Source: Acidimicrobiia bacterium | GTDB taxonomy: Bacteria > Actinomycetota > Acidimicrobiia > Spongiisociales > UBA5794 | DNA length: 64,000 nt | Assembly: GCA_026985095.1 (NCBI GenBank) | Contig: JALSQW010000056.1 | Location: 7,144 to 71,143 of the forward strand | Direction: 5' to 3' | In this document: positions 49,798 through 59,891 of the stretch, piece after piece | How the letters are laid out: each line of letters starts with the position of its first letter | How positions within the stretch are numbered: the first letter of the stretch is position 1 | Position numbers and translations under genes: made by a program | Notes under the pieces: generated by a model | The model's database searches: none | Seen by the model: the letters and a program-made list of their open reading frames with translations, nothing else | Told to the model about the DNA's origin: nothing

Positions 49798-50585
49798 CAC
49801 GCACCTCCTGCGTCGTCTCGTTCCTGGTCGTCCTTCGCGTCCGGCTCGGGGAACGCTTCCGTGCCGGGGACGAACTTCCGTGGCGGCCCCGTGTCCACCG
49901 TGGAGACGGCCTTGAGGGTGCTGAGCGCCCGACGCAGTCCACGACGGACCTCGGGGTCCCGCATCAGCTTGAGGAGCTCCCACATGCTGGGCGGCTCTTC
50001 GGGTTCGCTGGCGAGCTGCTCCTGCTGCTGGTGGATCCGCTCCAACATCCGGTAGATGATCGCCATGATCTCGGGCTGGGTCATCTCCTTGACCGTGTTG
50101 AGGATGAGCACCACGTTGTCGCCGAGCGCCTCCACGTCCTCCTCGGTGAACCCGGTGACCACCCGGTCGACGACCTCCAATCCGGCCTTGGCGAACGAGA
50201 AGTAGCCGCGTTCGTCGAGGGTCTGGAGTCCGTCGGTGGCCAGGTCCATGGCCTGGGCCGAGATCGGCGAGAGGACCTCGACCAGTTGGGCGGCGCTCTC
50301 GAGCTGCGCCACGGCCGCATCCATCGTGTCGATGTTGGCCGCCAGGCGTCGCAACAACGACACGACCTGGTCTGCGGTGATGCCGGCTTCGTCGAGCTCC
50401 GCCGCGACGTCGCCGAGGACCTTGGCGCCGATCGGCATGATCGTCGCCTGGAGGTCCTCCCAGCCCTCACGGCGGATGCGGGCGGCGCGGGCCTCCTCGA
50501 CCAGGAAGGCGACCTGCTCGCTCAACGCGTCCACCTTCCGTTCGAGCTCGGCGGTGCGGTCATCGGTGATCGTGGTAGCCATCAC
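49797..50585 (-). CDS. DUF1641 domain protein
   Basis: 262 aa helical protein, characteristically encoded next to SQR/NADH-dehydrogenase-like genes. 1-nt overlap with tusE. Confidence 0.7.
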   Translation of the reverse strand: MMATTITDDRTAELERKVDALSEQVAFLVEEARAARIRREGWEDLQATIMPIGAKVLGDVAAELDEAGITADQVVSLLRRLAANIDTMDAAVAQLESAAQLVEVLSPISAQAMDLATDGLQTLDERGYFSFAKAGLEVVDRVVTGFTEEDVEALGDNVVLILNTVKEMTQPEIMAIIYRMLERIHQQQEQLASEPEEPPSMWELLKLMRDPEVRRGLRRALSTLKAVSTVDTGPPRKFVPGTEAFPEPDAKDDQERDDAGGA

Positions 50586-51820
50586 TCGTCCTCCGGGATC
50601 TTCCCTGCCATCGACATGAGCGCCGGCAGCGGGAGCTCCTTGCCGGGGAGCAGCAGGTTCCAGTACATCCAGCGGAACAGCAACTTGCCCCAGTGGTTCA
50701 TCTCGGTCTCGCCGAGCAGCGTGAACGGCCCGATGCCCGGCAGCGGGTACTTGCCCGGGAGCGGCTCGGTGTCGTAGTTGAAGTCGATCAACAGTCCCTT
50801 GCCGTGGCCGGACTCGATGAAGCAGTTCGAATGCCCGTCGAAGCGCTCCAGCATGGGGAGCCCCTCGATGTGGCGGAGGAAGTTCGGCACGAAGATGTCG
50901 ACCGCGAAGTGCGCCACGGATCCCGCCTTCGAGGTCGGGATGTTCGCCGCGTCGCCGAGGACGAACAGGTTGTCGTGGTCCTTGTGGATGAAGGTTCCCT
51001 TGTCGACCGGGATGTGGTTCAGCTCGTCACCCAGGCCGGACTTGGCGACGAAGTCGGCGCCCATGTTGAGCGGCACGGTGACGACCAGGTCGTACGGGAC
51101 CTCCCGCTCGTCGTAGGAGACGAGGGCGTTCTTGTCGGTGTCGATCCGCTCGATGTAGAAGTCCGACTCGAGGTGGATCTTCCGTTCGTCGAACATGTTG
51201 CCGAGATGGGCCGACGCCACCGGCTTGGTGAAGGCGCCCGACATCGGTGTCACGTAGGTGATCTCGACCTGGTCGCGCATGCCGAGTTCGGTGAAGTAGG
51301 CGTCGGCCAGGAACGTGAACTCGAGCGGGGCGACGGGGCACTTGAAGGGCATGTCCACCATGTGGACGACGAGCTTGCCGCCTTCGAATCCCTTCAACGC
51401 CTCCCGCAGCGCCAAGGCGCCCTCGAACGTGTAGAACGTGTGGATGGACCTGCCGAACTCGGGCCCGTCCATCCCCGGCGTCTCCTCGGGACGCGGATGC
51501 GTTCCGGTCGCGATCACGAGTTCGTCGTAGGTGAGCTGCGTTCCGTCACCGAGGAGCACCGTGTTGGCGTCCGCGTCGACCGAATCGATCGTCTGCTCGA
51601 TGAACTCGACGCCGGCGGGGATGAAGCGCTTCTTGGGTTTCTTGACGTCCTGCGGCTCGTACTCGCCGAAGGGCAGGAACAGGAAGCCGGGCTGGTAGAA
51701 GTGCGTCGGCTCCTGATCGACGATCACGATCTCCCACTCGTTGCGGTCGAGCCGCGGCCGTAGCTTGTTGACGACCATCGTGCCGGCGGTGCCTGCACCG
51801 AGGACCACCAATCGTTTCAC
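50582..51820 (-). CDS. sqr: NAD(P)/FAD-dependent oxidoreductase, sulfide:quinone oxidoreductase-like
   Basis: GAAGGAGAG ribosome-binding site plus GTG start. Rossmann motif VVLGAGTAGT. Conserved Cys (FKCPVAP). About 412 aa. Confidence 0.8.
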   Translation of the reverse strand: MKRLVVLGAGTAGTMVVNKLRPRLDRNEWEIVIVDQEPTHFYQPGFLFLPFGEYEPQDVKKPKKRFIPAGVEFIEQTIDSVDADANTVLLGDGTQLTYDELVIATGTHPRPEETPGMDGPEFGRSIHTFYTFEGALALREALKGFEGGKLVVHMVDMPFKCPVAPLEFTFLADAYFTELGMRDQVEITYVTPMSGAFTKPVASAHLGNMFDERKIHLESDFYIERIDTDKNALVSYDEREVPYDLVVTVPLNMGADFVAKSGLGDELNHIPVDKGTFIHKDHDNLFVLGDAANIPTSKAGSVAHFAVDIFVPNFLRHIEGLPMLERFDGHSNCFIESGHGKGLLIDFNYDTEPLPGKYPLPGIGPFTLLGETEMNHWGKLLFRWMYWNLLLPGKELPLPALMSMAGKIPEDE

Positions 51821-52602
51821 TGTGCTCTCCTTCGTTCGTGGACCGTCGGAGCGGTCCGTTCGGCGCCCGACTGGCGCTTGGCGGCGAGCCGGGAAAGGTG
51901 TACGGCGAGGCGGGACAAGCCATCGAGGGCGCGGCGTCGGTCCTCCTCGGTGAGGTGATAGATCCGGTCGACGGCGGCATCCAAGGTGGCGACGTCGGCA
52001 CCGACCTCGGCGGCGATGCCCTCGAGGACGCGGGCGGGAGGCGGCCAATCGGCGGGGGCGACGCATCCGGCGATCACCATGCCCTCGAGTCGGTTCCCGA
52101 CCCGGATGAACGCCCTGGCGCAGAGGAACCCGAGATGCCCGAGGTTGAAGGTCGGTTCGAAGTCGTAGTGGCCGCCGAGGGCCTTCCACTCCGCGACGCA
52201 CCGCTCCACCGTGCGAGGCGCCTCGGCGATGGCCCGGAAGTACCCGCAGGGGTGCGACGGCGTCGTGATCGGCCGTCCTTCCATGTCGGTCACGACCGCC
52301 ATGACCCCCATCAGCTCCGCGTACAGGTCGGTCAGATGCTGCGCCTCGGCGGTGAACAAGGCGTCGAAGTCGGATTCGGCGGCTCCGTTGCGTCGGCGCC
52401 GCAGCCAGCGTTCGATCTCGTCGGCGGGGAACCGCCATTGCCTCCCGACCTTGATCGCCGGAAGACGCCCCGCCTCGGCCATCCGGTAGATCGTGGATTT
52501 GTCGACACGGATCAGTTCCTGAACGTCCCGGGTGGTGAGGAACGACCCGGCCGGGCGGGCCGGAGCGGCGTCAGGGTGCATCTGCTGCGTCGAGGCGGTC
52601 AT
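51817..52602 (-). CDS. helix-turn-helix (excisionase/MerR-like) + PocR sensor domain transcriptional regulator
   Basis: N-terminal HTH (LTTRDVQELIRVDKSTIYRMAEAGRLPAIKVGRQWRF). PocR-like C-terminal domain with conserved Cys. 4-nt overlap with sqr. Confidence 0.6.
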   Translation of the reverse strand: MTASTQQMHPDAAPARPAGSFLTTRDVQELIRVDKSTIYRMAEAGRLPAIKVGRQWRFPADEIERWLRRRRNGAAESDFDALFTAEAQHLTDLYAELMGVMAVVTDMEGRPITTPSHPCGYFRAIAEAPRTVERCVAEWKALGGHYDFEPTFNLGHLGFLCARAFIRVGNRLEGMVIAGCVAPADWPPPARVLEGIAAEVGADVATLDAAVDRIYHLTEEDRRRALDGLSRLAVHLSRLAAKRQSGAERTAPTVHERRRAQ

Positions 52603-52682
52603 CTGTGCATCTCCTGCATCTCTTGCAGGTTATGGCGGACTCTGCACCCCCGATAGGGCCGTTCGGCCCGTTCCGACGCTGA

Positions 52683-53051
52683 TCAGGCGCCGTCGTCGAG
52701 CAGACGGGCGATCCCGCCGCCGACCGACCCCAGGATCGCCGCGATGAGCCCGAGGATGATCAGCTCGATGGTCGTGGGACCCGCCGTGGCGGCGATCGAG
52801 ACGATGCCGATGACCAGGAACATGGCGATCCCGGCCAGACCGCCATGAGCCATGGGGGCCCGATGGCCGAAGCGACCGGCGACGAACCCGCCGACGACCA
52901 AGGCGCCGAACTGCACGAGGATCAACGGGATCGGGTTGCTCGTCGGCCCCGTCACCCCGACCACCCCGAGGACGACGAACGCCACGATCCCGACGAACAG
53001 GCCGGTCATCGCCCCGAGGGCGACCGCTCCCCAGTTGGCGGCTCTCAGCAT
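52683..53051 (-). CDS. small integral membrane protein
   Basis: 122 aa from MLRAANWG with 4 predicted TM helices. Confidence 0.4.
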   Translation of the reverse strand: MLRAANWGAVALGAMTGLFVGIVAFVVLGVVGVTGPTSNPIPLILVQFGALVVGGFVAGRFGHRAPMAHGGLAGIAMFLVIGIVSIAATAGPTTIELIILGLIAAILGSVGGGIARLLDDGA

Positions 53052-53076
53052 GGGCTCCGGTCGCCGGGACCCGGCG

Positions 53077-53478
53077 TCACGATGACGCCGAGAGGTGCTC
53101 TTCGAGGCCGGCGATCCATCCGGCGGGGAGTTCCCAATGCCGGGAACCGGCGAGCATGATCCCCACATACCGACTCGACGGCGGATGCGTGGCGGCCTCC
53201 CCGTCGTACACATGGGTCACCACCTCGTGGCGGCGACCCATGCGGTCCATGGCCTCGACGACCCGCGGGACGCGCTGTTCGGCCCTCTCGGCCTCGTGGA
53301 GGCCGTCGATCTCACCGTCGGGAACGTCGAAGACGGCTCCCCACACCGTGTGGCCCTCGGCGTCGATGACCGTCGGCAAGCCGCCGCTCCATCCGTTGCC
53401 TCGGATCGGGAACGAGATCCCCCGGTCGGGGAGGTGCGCGATGAACTGGAAGACCGCTCCGGGCGCGGCCTCGGCCAT
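53077..53478 (-). CDS. gamma-glutamylcyclotransferase (AIG2/GGCT-like) family protein
   Basis: 133 aa. The fold pattern is consistent with the GGCT family, but the canonical YGSL motif is degenerate. Confidence 0.45.
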   Translation of the reverse strand: MAEAAPGAVFQFIAHLPDRGISFPIRGNGWSGGLPTVIDAEGHTVWGAVFDVPDGEIDGLHEAERAEQRVPRVVEAMDRMGRRHEVVTHVYDGEAATHPPSSRYVGIMLAGSRHWELPAGWIAGLEEHLSASS

Positions 53479-53643
53479 CTTGGCGGGCGCGATCCGAGCG
53501 GTGTAGGCGAAGTACAGCAGAGCCGCCTCCCTCCTGATTCAAGGTTCCGGGAACAGCGGTCGATGAGTGTAGCGAGGACCGCGGCGGGAACCCAGCGGCG
53601 CCAGGGAACGTCATATAGGAGAACAACGACCGTGGAGTGGGCG

Positions 53644-53919
53644 ATGAACGCGATGGACGACACCCTCGAGATGGAGATCCTGGCCGCGCCGATCCTCGAG
53701 GAGCGCCCTTGGGCCGTCTTCTCGGCATGCCGGGACGCCGACCCGGACATCTTCTTCGGCGCCACCAAGGAGGAGACGAAGCAGGCCTTGGCGCTGTGCG
53801 GCGTGTGCCCGGTGCGCTCGGACTGTCTGGAACACGCCCTCGAAGCCCGCGAGCGCTTCGGGATCTGGGGTGGCACCACCGAATCGGAGCGTCGCAAGAT
53901 CCTGCGTCGGATCGCCTAG
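53644..53919 (+). CDS. whiB: WhiB family transcriptional regulator
   Basis: Four Cys (ACRD, LCGVC, DCL), PDIFF motif and a C-terminal basic GxWGG-like turn (GIWGGTTESERRKI). An alternative GTG start lies at 53632. Confidence 0.8.
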   Translation: MNAMDDTLEMEILAAPILEERPWAVFSACRDADPDIFFGATKEETKQALALCGVCPVRSDCLEHALEARERFGIWGGTTESERRKILRRIA

Positions 53920-56297
53920 AGCGACCGTTCCCTGACCACCTCGGCGACATCGATCTCGCCGACGGACCGGATCCCCGGCCACAGCGACAACGCCGCCACG
54001 ACGAACATCGCGGCGGCAGCGAACACCGGCGTCGTCGGCCGCATGCGCAGATCGAACGAGAACAGGTCGCTCGAGTACTGCCCCATGAACCACACCGCGA
54101 CCCCGTAGCCCACGATCAGCCCCGGGACGATCCCGAGCGCGGTCAGGAGCAGGTTCTCTCCCGTGATGAGCCTGGCCACCTCCCGCCGCGACAGCCCGTT
54201 GGCCCGCATCGTGGCGTACTCGGAGGCGCGTTCGACGACGTTGACCGAGATGGTCGAGAAGATCAAGGCGAACGCCATCGCTCCGCCGAAGAACAGCATC
54301 GCACCGACGAACGCCCAGAAGAGCCCCATGAAGCGTTGGATGAGGGAGAACAGGGCCTTGCTGTCGATGGCGGTGACCACACCATCGAGGGAGCGGATGA
54401 CGCCGAGGACCGCGTCCCGATCGACGCCGGGTTCGAACCGGGTCGCGACCGAGCTGATCGACGGGTCGGCCAGGGTGGTCTCGTCGACGGCCGGATCCGA
54501 CGCCGCCAACGCGGCGACGAGGGCGTCGCGGCGCATGTAGGCGAACGTCCCCATCGGTTCGTCGACCAGCGCCACGATCTCCGTCTCGAAACCCGTCCCC
54601 AGCGAGGGGAACGACACCCGGACCGGATCGCCCACCTCGACGTCGGTCTGGTGTTGGATGCCCTTGCCGACGACGATGCCGCGAGCGGGAAGCCCCCCTG
54701 CGGGGATGTCGAACCCATGCACCACCGTGTCGGCGACGAACGCCCGGAGCTGAGTCGCGTAGTCACCTCCGTCGCTCCGCAGCGACGCATCGAGAACGAC
54801 GACCGGCTCGGCGGCGGCGACGCCGTCGACCGCAGCGATCGTTGTGACGTCGACGCGGGTCACCCGATGATCGAACACGACGGTCGCATCGGAGAGATCG
54901 ACCTGCTCGAACTGCCGGTCGAGGAGGAGCTGGACCGTGTCGATCATGCCCCACGACGGCAGGATCAGGACCAGACCGAGGATCACCCCGAGGATGGTCG
55001 AGACGGACCGCCGTAGGCTGCGGCGGACACCACGCAGCACCATCCGCCATCGGATGGGCCAGCGCCGGGCGGGTGGGAAGACCCGTTCGACGATGCTCGG
55101 GTGACCATCCGCGGTCGGGACGTCCCCGCGGATCGCCACCGCGGGTGCCAGGCGCAGGACCAGTCGAGCCGGAACGAACGCGCCGACGAGACCGGTGGCG
55201 ACGCCGAACACCATCCCCACCAGCGGGGTGATCGGATGGAACTCGCGGACGGTGTCGGGGATGCCGAGCGAAGCCGTGTACACGCCGGTGGTCGCCCATC
55301 CTCCCGTCATCCCCAGCACCGTGCCGACGGCGGCGCCGAGGGTGCCGACCAGCACGCCGTACGACAGGTAGTGCAGGGACAGGGTCATCCGGCGCATGCC
55401 ATTGGCACGGAGGGTGCCGATCTGGCCTCGTTGTTCGTAGACCAGTCGGGTGAGGAGCACGAACGCCGCCATCCCCGCCGCGATCATGAACAGGAGCGGG
55501 AACAGGACCGAGAGTTGCTGGAACCCCTCGACGTCGAGCTGCAGGGTCTCGTTGGACGGATGCTGTGCCCGCGGGATCACCGATTCGGCTCCGTAGTCGG
55601 CGGCCAGGGAACGGACCCGGTCGTCCATGGTCGCGGCGTCGGTGCCCTCCGCGTAGGTGATGAGCGTCTGGCGGTGGACGGCGACGGGAGGAAGGGGATC
55701 GAGGACGCGCTCGTCGACGAACGCGACCGCGAACGTGCCGGGAGCCGGGAAGAGGTCCTGCCGGCTCCTCGCGGGCCAGATGTACTCGGGTGAGACGACC
55801 ACGCCGACCACCTCGACCGGCCGCCACGCCGACCCGTCGAACACGTCGAAGGCATCGCCCACGACCAGGTCGAACTCGGTCGCGGCGTGGGTCTCGATCA
55901 GCACCCCATCCGGGCGGCTCGGATCGAGGTAGGTCCCGTCGACGACGTCGACCTGGTCGACGGCGGGTTGATCGTCGGGAGGCATCCCGACGAGGCGACC
56001 GACGAACGTGGCGTCGCCGATCCGGAAGGGAGCATCGACCTGGCGGCGGTGGACGGCGGCCGAGACGCCATCGAGGGCCACGACGGCCTCGGCGAAGCCG
56101 TCTCGGGCGCCGGTCACGGTGATGTCGGCGAAGGCGAGACGGTCGTAGGTGCCGTTGTACGAGGACGACAGGTTCCGGTACGCGTCGTACGACGTCGCGT
56201 AGGCGAAGACGCCCAGGAGGATCGTCACGAACACGGCCAGGAACTGCCAGCGTTGACGCCGCAGGTCCCGGCGGCGCTTGACCGCCAGCAGGCTCAC
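53916..56297 (-). CDS. ABC transporter permease with two FtsX domains (MacB/LolE-like)
   Basis: 793 aa with 4+4 TM helices and two large extracytoplasmic loops. FtsX C-terminal motifs. Confidence 0.85.
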   Translation of the reverse strand: MSLLAVKRRRDLRRQRWQFLAVFVTILLGVFAYATSYDAYRNLSSSYNGTYDRLAFADITVTGARDGFAEAVVALDGVSAAVHRRQVDAPFRIGDATFVGRLVGMPPDDQPAVDQVDVVDGTYLDPSRPDGVLIETHAATEFDLVVGDAFDVFDGSAWRPVEVVGVVVSPEYIWPARSRQDLFPAPGTFAVAFVDERVLDPLPPVAVHRQTLITYAEGTDAATMDDRVRSLAADYGAESVIPRAQHPSNETLQLDVEGFQQLSVLFPLLFMIAAGMAAFVLLTRLVYEQRGQIGTLRANGMRRMTLSLHYLSYGVLVGTLGAAVGTVLGMTGGWATTGVYTASLGIPDTVREFHPITPLVGMVFGVATGLVGAFVPARLVLRLAPAVAIRGDVPTADGHPSIVERVFPPARRWPIRWRMVLRGVRRSLRRSVSTILGVILGLVLILPSWGMIDTVQLLLDRQFEQVDLSDATVVFDHRVTRVDVTTIAAVDGVAAAEPVVVLDASLRSDGGDYATQLRAFVADTVVHGFDIPAGGLPARGIVVGKGIQHQTDVEVGDPVRVSFPSLGTGFETEIVALVDEPMGTFAYMRRDALVAALAASDPAVDETTLADPSISSVATRFEPGVDRDAVLGVIRSLDGVVTAIDSKALFSLIQRFMGLFWAFVGAMLFFGGAMAFALIFSTISVNVVERASEYATMRANGLSRREVARLITGENLLLTALGIVPGLIVGYGVAVWFMGQYSSDLFSFDLRMRPTTPVFAAAAMFVVAALSLWPGIRSVGEIDVAEVVRERSL

Positions 56298-57010
56298 CAG
56301 TCGAGCTCCGTCGGGTCCGCAGGAGTCGGGTTCTCGTCCACGGAGACGATCTCGCCGTCACGGAGCCTGAAGACCCGATGTGCCATCCGAGCGATCGTCG
56401 AATTGTGGGTGACTACCAGGACGCTTCGGTCGTCCTCGGTCGTCCGCCTCAGCAGCTCGAGAATCTTGACGCCGGTTTCGACGTCCAGGGCCCCGGTCGG
56501 CTCGTCACATAGCAGCAGCGGCGGGTCCTTCACGAGGCCGCGAGCGATCGACACCCGCTGCTGCTCTCCGCCGGAGAGCTGCCCGGGGAAGTGCCCGAGT
56601 CGATCGCCGAGACCGACGGCGTCGAGGACCTTGCGACTCGTCGCCTCGGCGTCCTCGTCGAGGAGCTCGGCGATCAACGCCACGTTCTCGAGCGCCGTCA
56701 AAGACGGCACCAGGTTGTAGAACTGGAAGACGAAGCCCACCGAGTGGAGGCGATAGTCGGTGCGTCGATCCTCGTCGAGCTCGGTCAGCTCCGTTCCGTC
56801 GGCGATGATCGTGCCCGAGGTCGGTGCTTCGAGAGCTCCGATGAGGTTCAACAGCGTGGTCTTGCCCGAGCCGCTCGGCCCCAGGACGACCACGAACTCG
56901 CCCTGCGGGATCTCGAACGTCACCCCACGCAGCGCATGGACGGCGGTCTCCCCGGTCCCGTAGGTCTTCGTCAGGTTCTCTGCCCTGACCGCGGTCGGAT
57001 TCGACACCAT
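56294..57010 (-). CDS. ABC transporter ATP-binding protein (MacB/LolD-type)
   Basis: Walker A GPSGSGKTT, signature LSGGEQQR, Walker B LLLCDEPTGALD. Overlaps the permease. Confidence 0.85.
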   Translation of the reverse strand: MVSNPTAVRAENLTKTYGTGETAVHALRGVTFEIPQGEFVVVLGPSGSGKTTLLNLIGALEAPTSGTIIADGTELTELDEDRRTDYRLHSVGFVFQFYNLVPSLTALENVALIAELLDEDAEATSRKVLDAVGLGDRLGHFPGQLSGGEQQRVSIARGLVKDPPLLLCDEPTGALDVETGVKILELLRRTTEDDRSVLVVTHNSTIARMAHRVFRLRDGEIVSVDENPTPADPTELDW

Positions 57011-57063
57011 CGCTCGTCCCTTCCGGCGGCTGCCGACCCATGCTATCGACCTGATCTCGCCGC

Positions 57064-58767
57064 TCAGCCACCGGGATCGCCGTTGGAGCGGTCGACCGTG
57101 TGGGCGGCCAGGCGCCACAGGAAGGTCCGGGGCGCTCCGACGTCGAGGTCGTCGACGGCGACGATCACCGCGCCGTGCCCGGAGGTCGCCGACGTCGGTA
57201 CGCCAGGGGAGAGCTCGGTGACGGTGGCCGTGTCCGAGGAGATCGTCACCGCCAGGTTCGTCGAGGAAGGGTCGCTCCGAAGGATGTCGAGGAGGGCGTC
57301 CAAGGCGCGGAAGGAGATCGTGACCGACCTCGACGGATCGTCCGGATCCGTGAGGGAGATCGAGGCTCGGTCGAGATCGGCGGCATCGGGCAGGAGATCC
57401 CCGTACGCTCGGGGCCGGAAGGAGCTGCCATCGGGCGGGGTGACCACCAGCGCATCGCCGTCGAGGGCGACGACCGTCCCGTTGTCGGTCGCGATCGCGG
57501 CCGAAGGAGGCGGGAGCTCATCGGGGATCGTCGACAACACGACGGCGATGGTGTCCGCGGTGAGTGTCGAGGCCTGAGGGAACCAGCTCGGCGAGGGGAC
57601 GTCCATCTCGGCGATGGGAACCCACTCGTCGCCAGGGAAGCCGCGTTCGATGCGCGCTCGACCGTCGCCGACGTCGGACATCCGCAGGATGGAGCCGTCC
57701 TCGAGCAGCAGCGGGCTCGATGGGAGGAGGGACCGCTCCCACGATTCGGCGTCCAGCGAGGTGGCGACGATCGGCGAGGTTTCTCCGTCCCCGGCGGCGA
57801 CGAGCATCGGCTCGCCGGTGGCCGGGTCGATGCGCTCGGCGAACTGCAGGTTCCAGCGGGGGAGCCGGTCGGCGTCGAGGATCCGGTCGCCGACGAACAG
57901 GGTGCGCCGGACCGTCTCGACGGTCACCATCCCGGGGAGCCGTCGCGGGTCGATGCCCAGGGACGACGGTTCGAAGCGGGCGATGGTCCCCACGAGGGGG
58001 TAGCCGATCGCGATGTCGTCGCCCACGAGGTCGATCCAGGCGAGAGGATGATCGATGAGGAACCTCCGGGCCGGCTCCGGAAGGCGTGGGTACGCGAGCG
58101 CGGCGACCGACGGGACCGTCGCGGTGGCCACCACGAGCTCCCCTCGAAAGGACCCGACGCCGCTCACTCGTCGCACCTCGTCGTCTCCCAGGCCGCCGCG
58201 GGGGAGCGGCGACATCGACCAGGTGCCTCCGTCGGCGGCCCAGACCTCGATGGTCTCTTGGATCGTGCCAGGGGACCGCCTGGCGACCAGCACCCATGCT
58301 CTCTCGCCGGTGGTGACCAAGCCGACGACCCGGCCGGGACCGTCGCCGAGGACCGTCGGGTCGGACCATCTCAGGCCGTCGGTCGAGGTCCGGACGGTCA
58401 CCTCGCCACTGCCCGGGACCGGGGGCGCCGGTGCGGCGAGGATGAAGCCCTGATCGGAGCGCGCCACCACCCCCGCAGGTGCATCGATGACGGCCGCACG
58501 CGTCCACGGGGCTGTCGCGTCGGCGACGGGTACCACCTCGGTGGGTGTGGTGCCTCGCGGCCCGGTGGCCGGCTCGGCGATCTCGGTCGAAACGGTCGAA
58601 GCCGCCGGCGTCGGCGGGTCGGATGAGCGCGTGACGACGAGGGCCACCATGGCCAGGACCACGACCGCCCCGGCGACGGCGATCGACCAGCCGGGTGGCC
58701 CGGGCGGTCGCGCCGCATGTTCGGGTGGATGCTCGCGGATGCTCAAGGGGGTCTCCCTGATGGTCAT
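57064..58767 (-). CDS. membrane-anchored extracytoplasmic protein of unknown function (567 aa)
   Basis: A single N-terminal TM helix (WSIAVAGAVVVLAMVALVV) followed by a large extracytoplasmic region. It shares a strand with the ABC pair. Confidence 0.5.
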   Translation of the reverse strand: MTIRETPLSIREHPPEHAARPPGPPGWSIAVAGAVVVLAMVALVVTRSSDPPTPAASTVSTEIAEPATGPRGTTPTEVVPVADATAPWTRAAVIDAPAGVVARSDQGFILAAPAPPVPGSGEVTVRTSTDGLRWSDPTVLGDGPGRVVGLVTTGERAWVLVARRSPGTIQETIEVWAADGGTWSMSPLPRGGLGDDEVRRVSGVGSFRGELVVATATVPSVAALAYPRLPEPARRFLIDHPLAWIDLVGDDIAIGYPLVGTIARFEPSSLGIDPRRLPGMVTVETVRRTLFVGDRILDADRLPRWNLQFAERIDPATGEPMLVAAGDGETSPIVATSLDAESWERSLLPSSPLLLEDGSILRMSDVGDGRARIERGFPGDEWVPIAEMDVPSPSWFPQASTLTADTIAVVLSTIPDELPPPSAAIATDNGTVVALDGDALVVTPPDGSSFRPRAYGDLLPDAADLDRASISLTDPDDPSRSVTISFRALDALLDILRSDPSSTNLAVTISSDTATVTELSPGVPTSATSGHGAVIVAVDDLDVGAPRTFLWRLAAHTVDRSNGDPGG

Positions 58768-58808
58768 CGTATCGGGGCGCCGCGCGTGGTGACGTCGGTC
58801 GTCTACGC

Positions 58809-59873
58809 TTGCCGGCCATGACGGACTTCGACTGGCCGGGAACCCTGCAGACCCTCGTCGAGCGGGGAGCGATCGACCGCTATCGGGCACGGGCCGCGAT
58901 GGCCGAGATCATGGCCGGACGCGCCACCGAGGCGCAGGTGGCCGCCTTCGTCATCGGTCTCAGGGCCAAGGGAGAGACGGCCGAGGAGATGGCGGGGATG
59001 GTCGACGCCATGATGGAAGCGGCCGTCACCGTCGAGATCCCAGGTCCGGTCGTCGACATCGTCGGGACGGGAGGGGACCGGTCCGGGACGTTCAACATCT
59101 CCACCACGGCGGCGCTCATCGCCGCCGGAGCAGGCGCCAAGGTCGCCAAGCATGGCAACCGAGCCGCGTCGTCGAAGGCCGGCTCGGCCGATCTCGTCGA
59201 AGCCCTGGGGATCTCGCTCGATCTGCCGCCCGAAGCAACCGTCCAGATGATCCAGGAGACCGGCTTCGGCTTCTTCTTCGCTCCCCGATACCACCCGGCG
59301 ATGAGACACGCCGGGCCTGCCCGCGGCTCGATGGGGATCCGCACCGTCTTCAACTTCCTGGGACCGCTGTGCAACCCGGCTCGGGCCCGCAGGATGGCGG
59401 TCGGGACTTCGGATCCCGCCATGGCCGAGCTGATGATCGAGACCCTCGCCGATCGCGGCGCCGAGTACGGGTTCGTGTTCTACGGCGAAGACGGCCTCGA
59501 CGAGCTGACCACCACCGGCCCGTCGTTCATCTACCGTCTCCGCGCCGGGGAGATCACCCACGCCCAGTTCACCCCGGAGGACTTCGGGGTGGCGAGGGCG
59601 TCGCTGGCCGACCTGAAGGGCGGCGATGTGGAGGCGAACGTGGCGATCACCCGGGCCATCCTCGCCGGCGAGCGAGGCCCGAAGCGGGACATCGCCATGG
59701 TCAACGCCGCTCCCGCCATCGTCGTGGCCGGACTGGCCGACGGGTTCGCCGAGGCCATGACCCTGGCCGAGCAGGCGATCGACTCGGGAGACGCCGCCGC
59801 CGCGCTGGAGGCGGCGGTGACGTTGTCCCGGGAGCTCTCCAACCAGGCCGAGCGGGAGGAAACGTCCCGCTAG
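58809..59873 (+). CDS. trpD: anthranilate phosphoribosyltransferase
   Basis: GTGGD motif and KHGNRAASS signature. Confidence 0.9.
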   Translation: MPAMTDFDWPGTLQTLVERGAIDRYRARAAMAEIMAGRATEAQVAAFVIGLRAKGETAEEMAGMVDAMMEAAVTVEIPGPVVDIVGTGGDRSGTFNISTTAALIAAGAGAKVAKHGNRAASSKAGSADLVEALGISLDLPPEATVQMIQETGFGFFFAPRYHPAMRHAGPARGSMGIRTVFNFLGPLCNPARARRMAVGTSDPAMAELMIETLADRGAEYGFVFYGEDGLDELTTTGPSFIYRLRAGEITHAQFTPEDFGVARASLADLKGGDVEANVAITRAILAGERGPKRDIAMVNAAPAIVVAGLADGFAEAMTLAEQAIDSGDAAAALEAAVTLSRELSNQAEREETSR

Positions 59874-59891
59874 GCGCGGAGTTCAACTAGC

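Noticed and set aside
57100-58626. 508-aa plus-strand ORF; 57518..58819(-) 433-aa alternative frame
   Set aside because: These are off-frame or antisense relative to the 57064..58767 gene. Their composition is Arg/Gly-rich.
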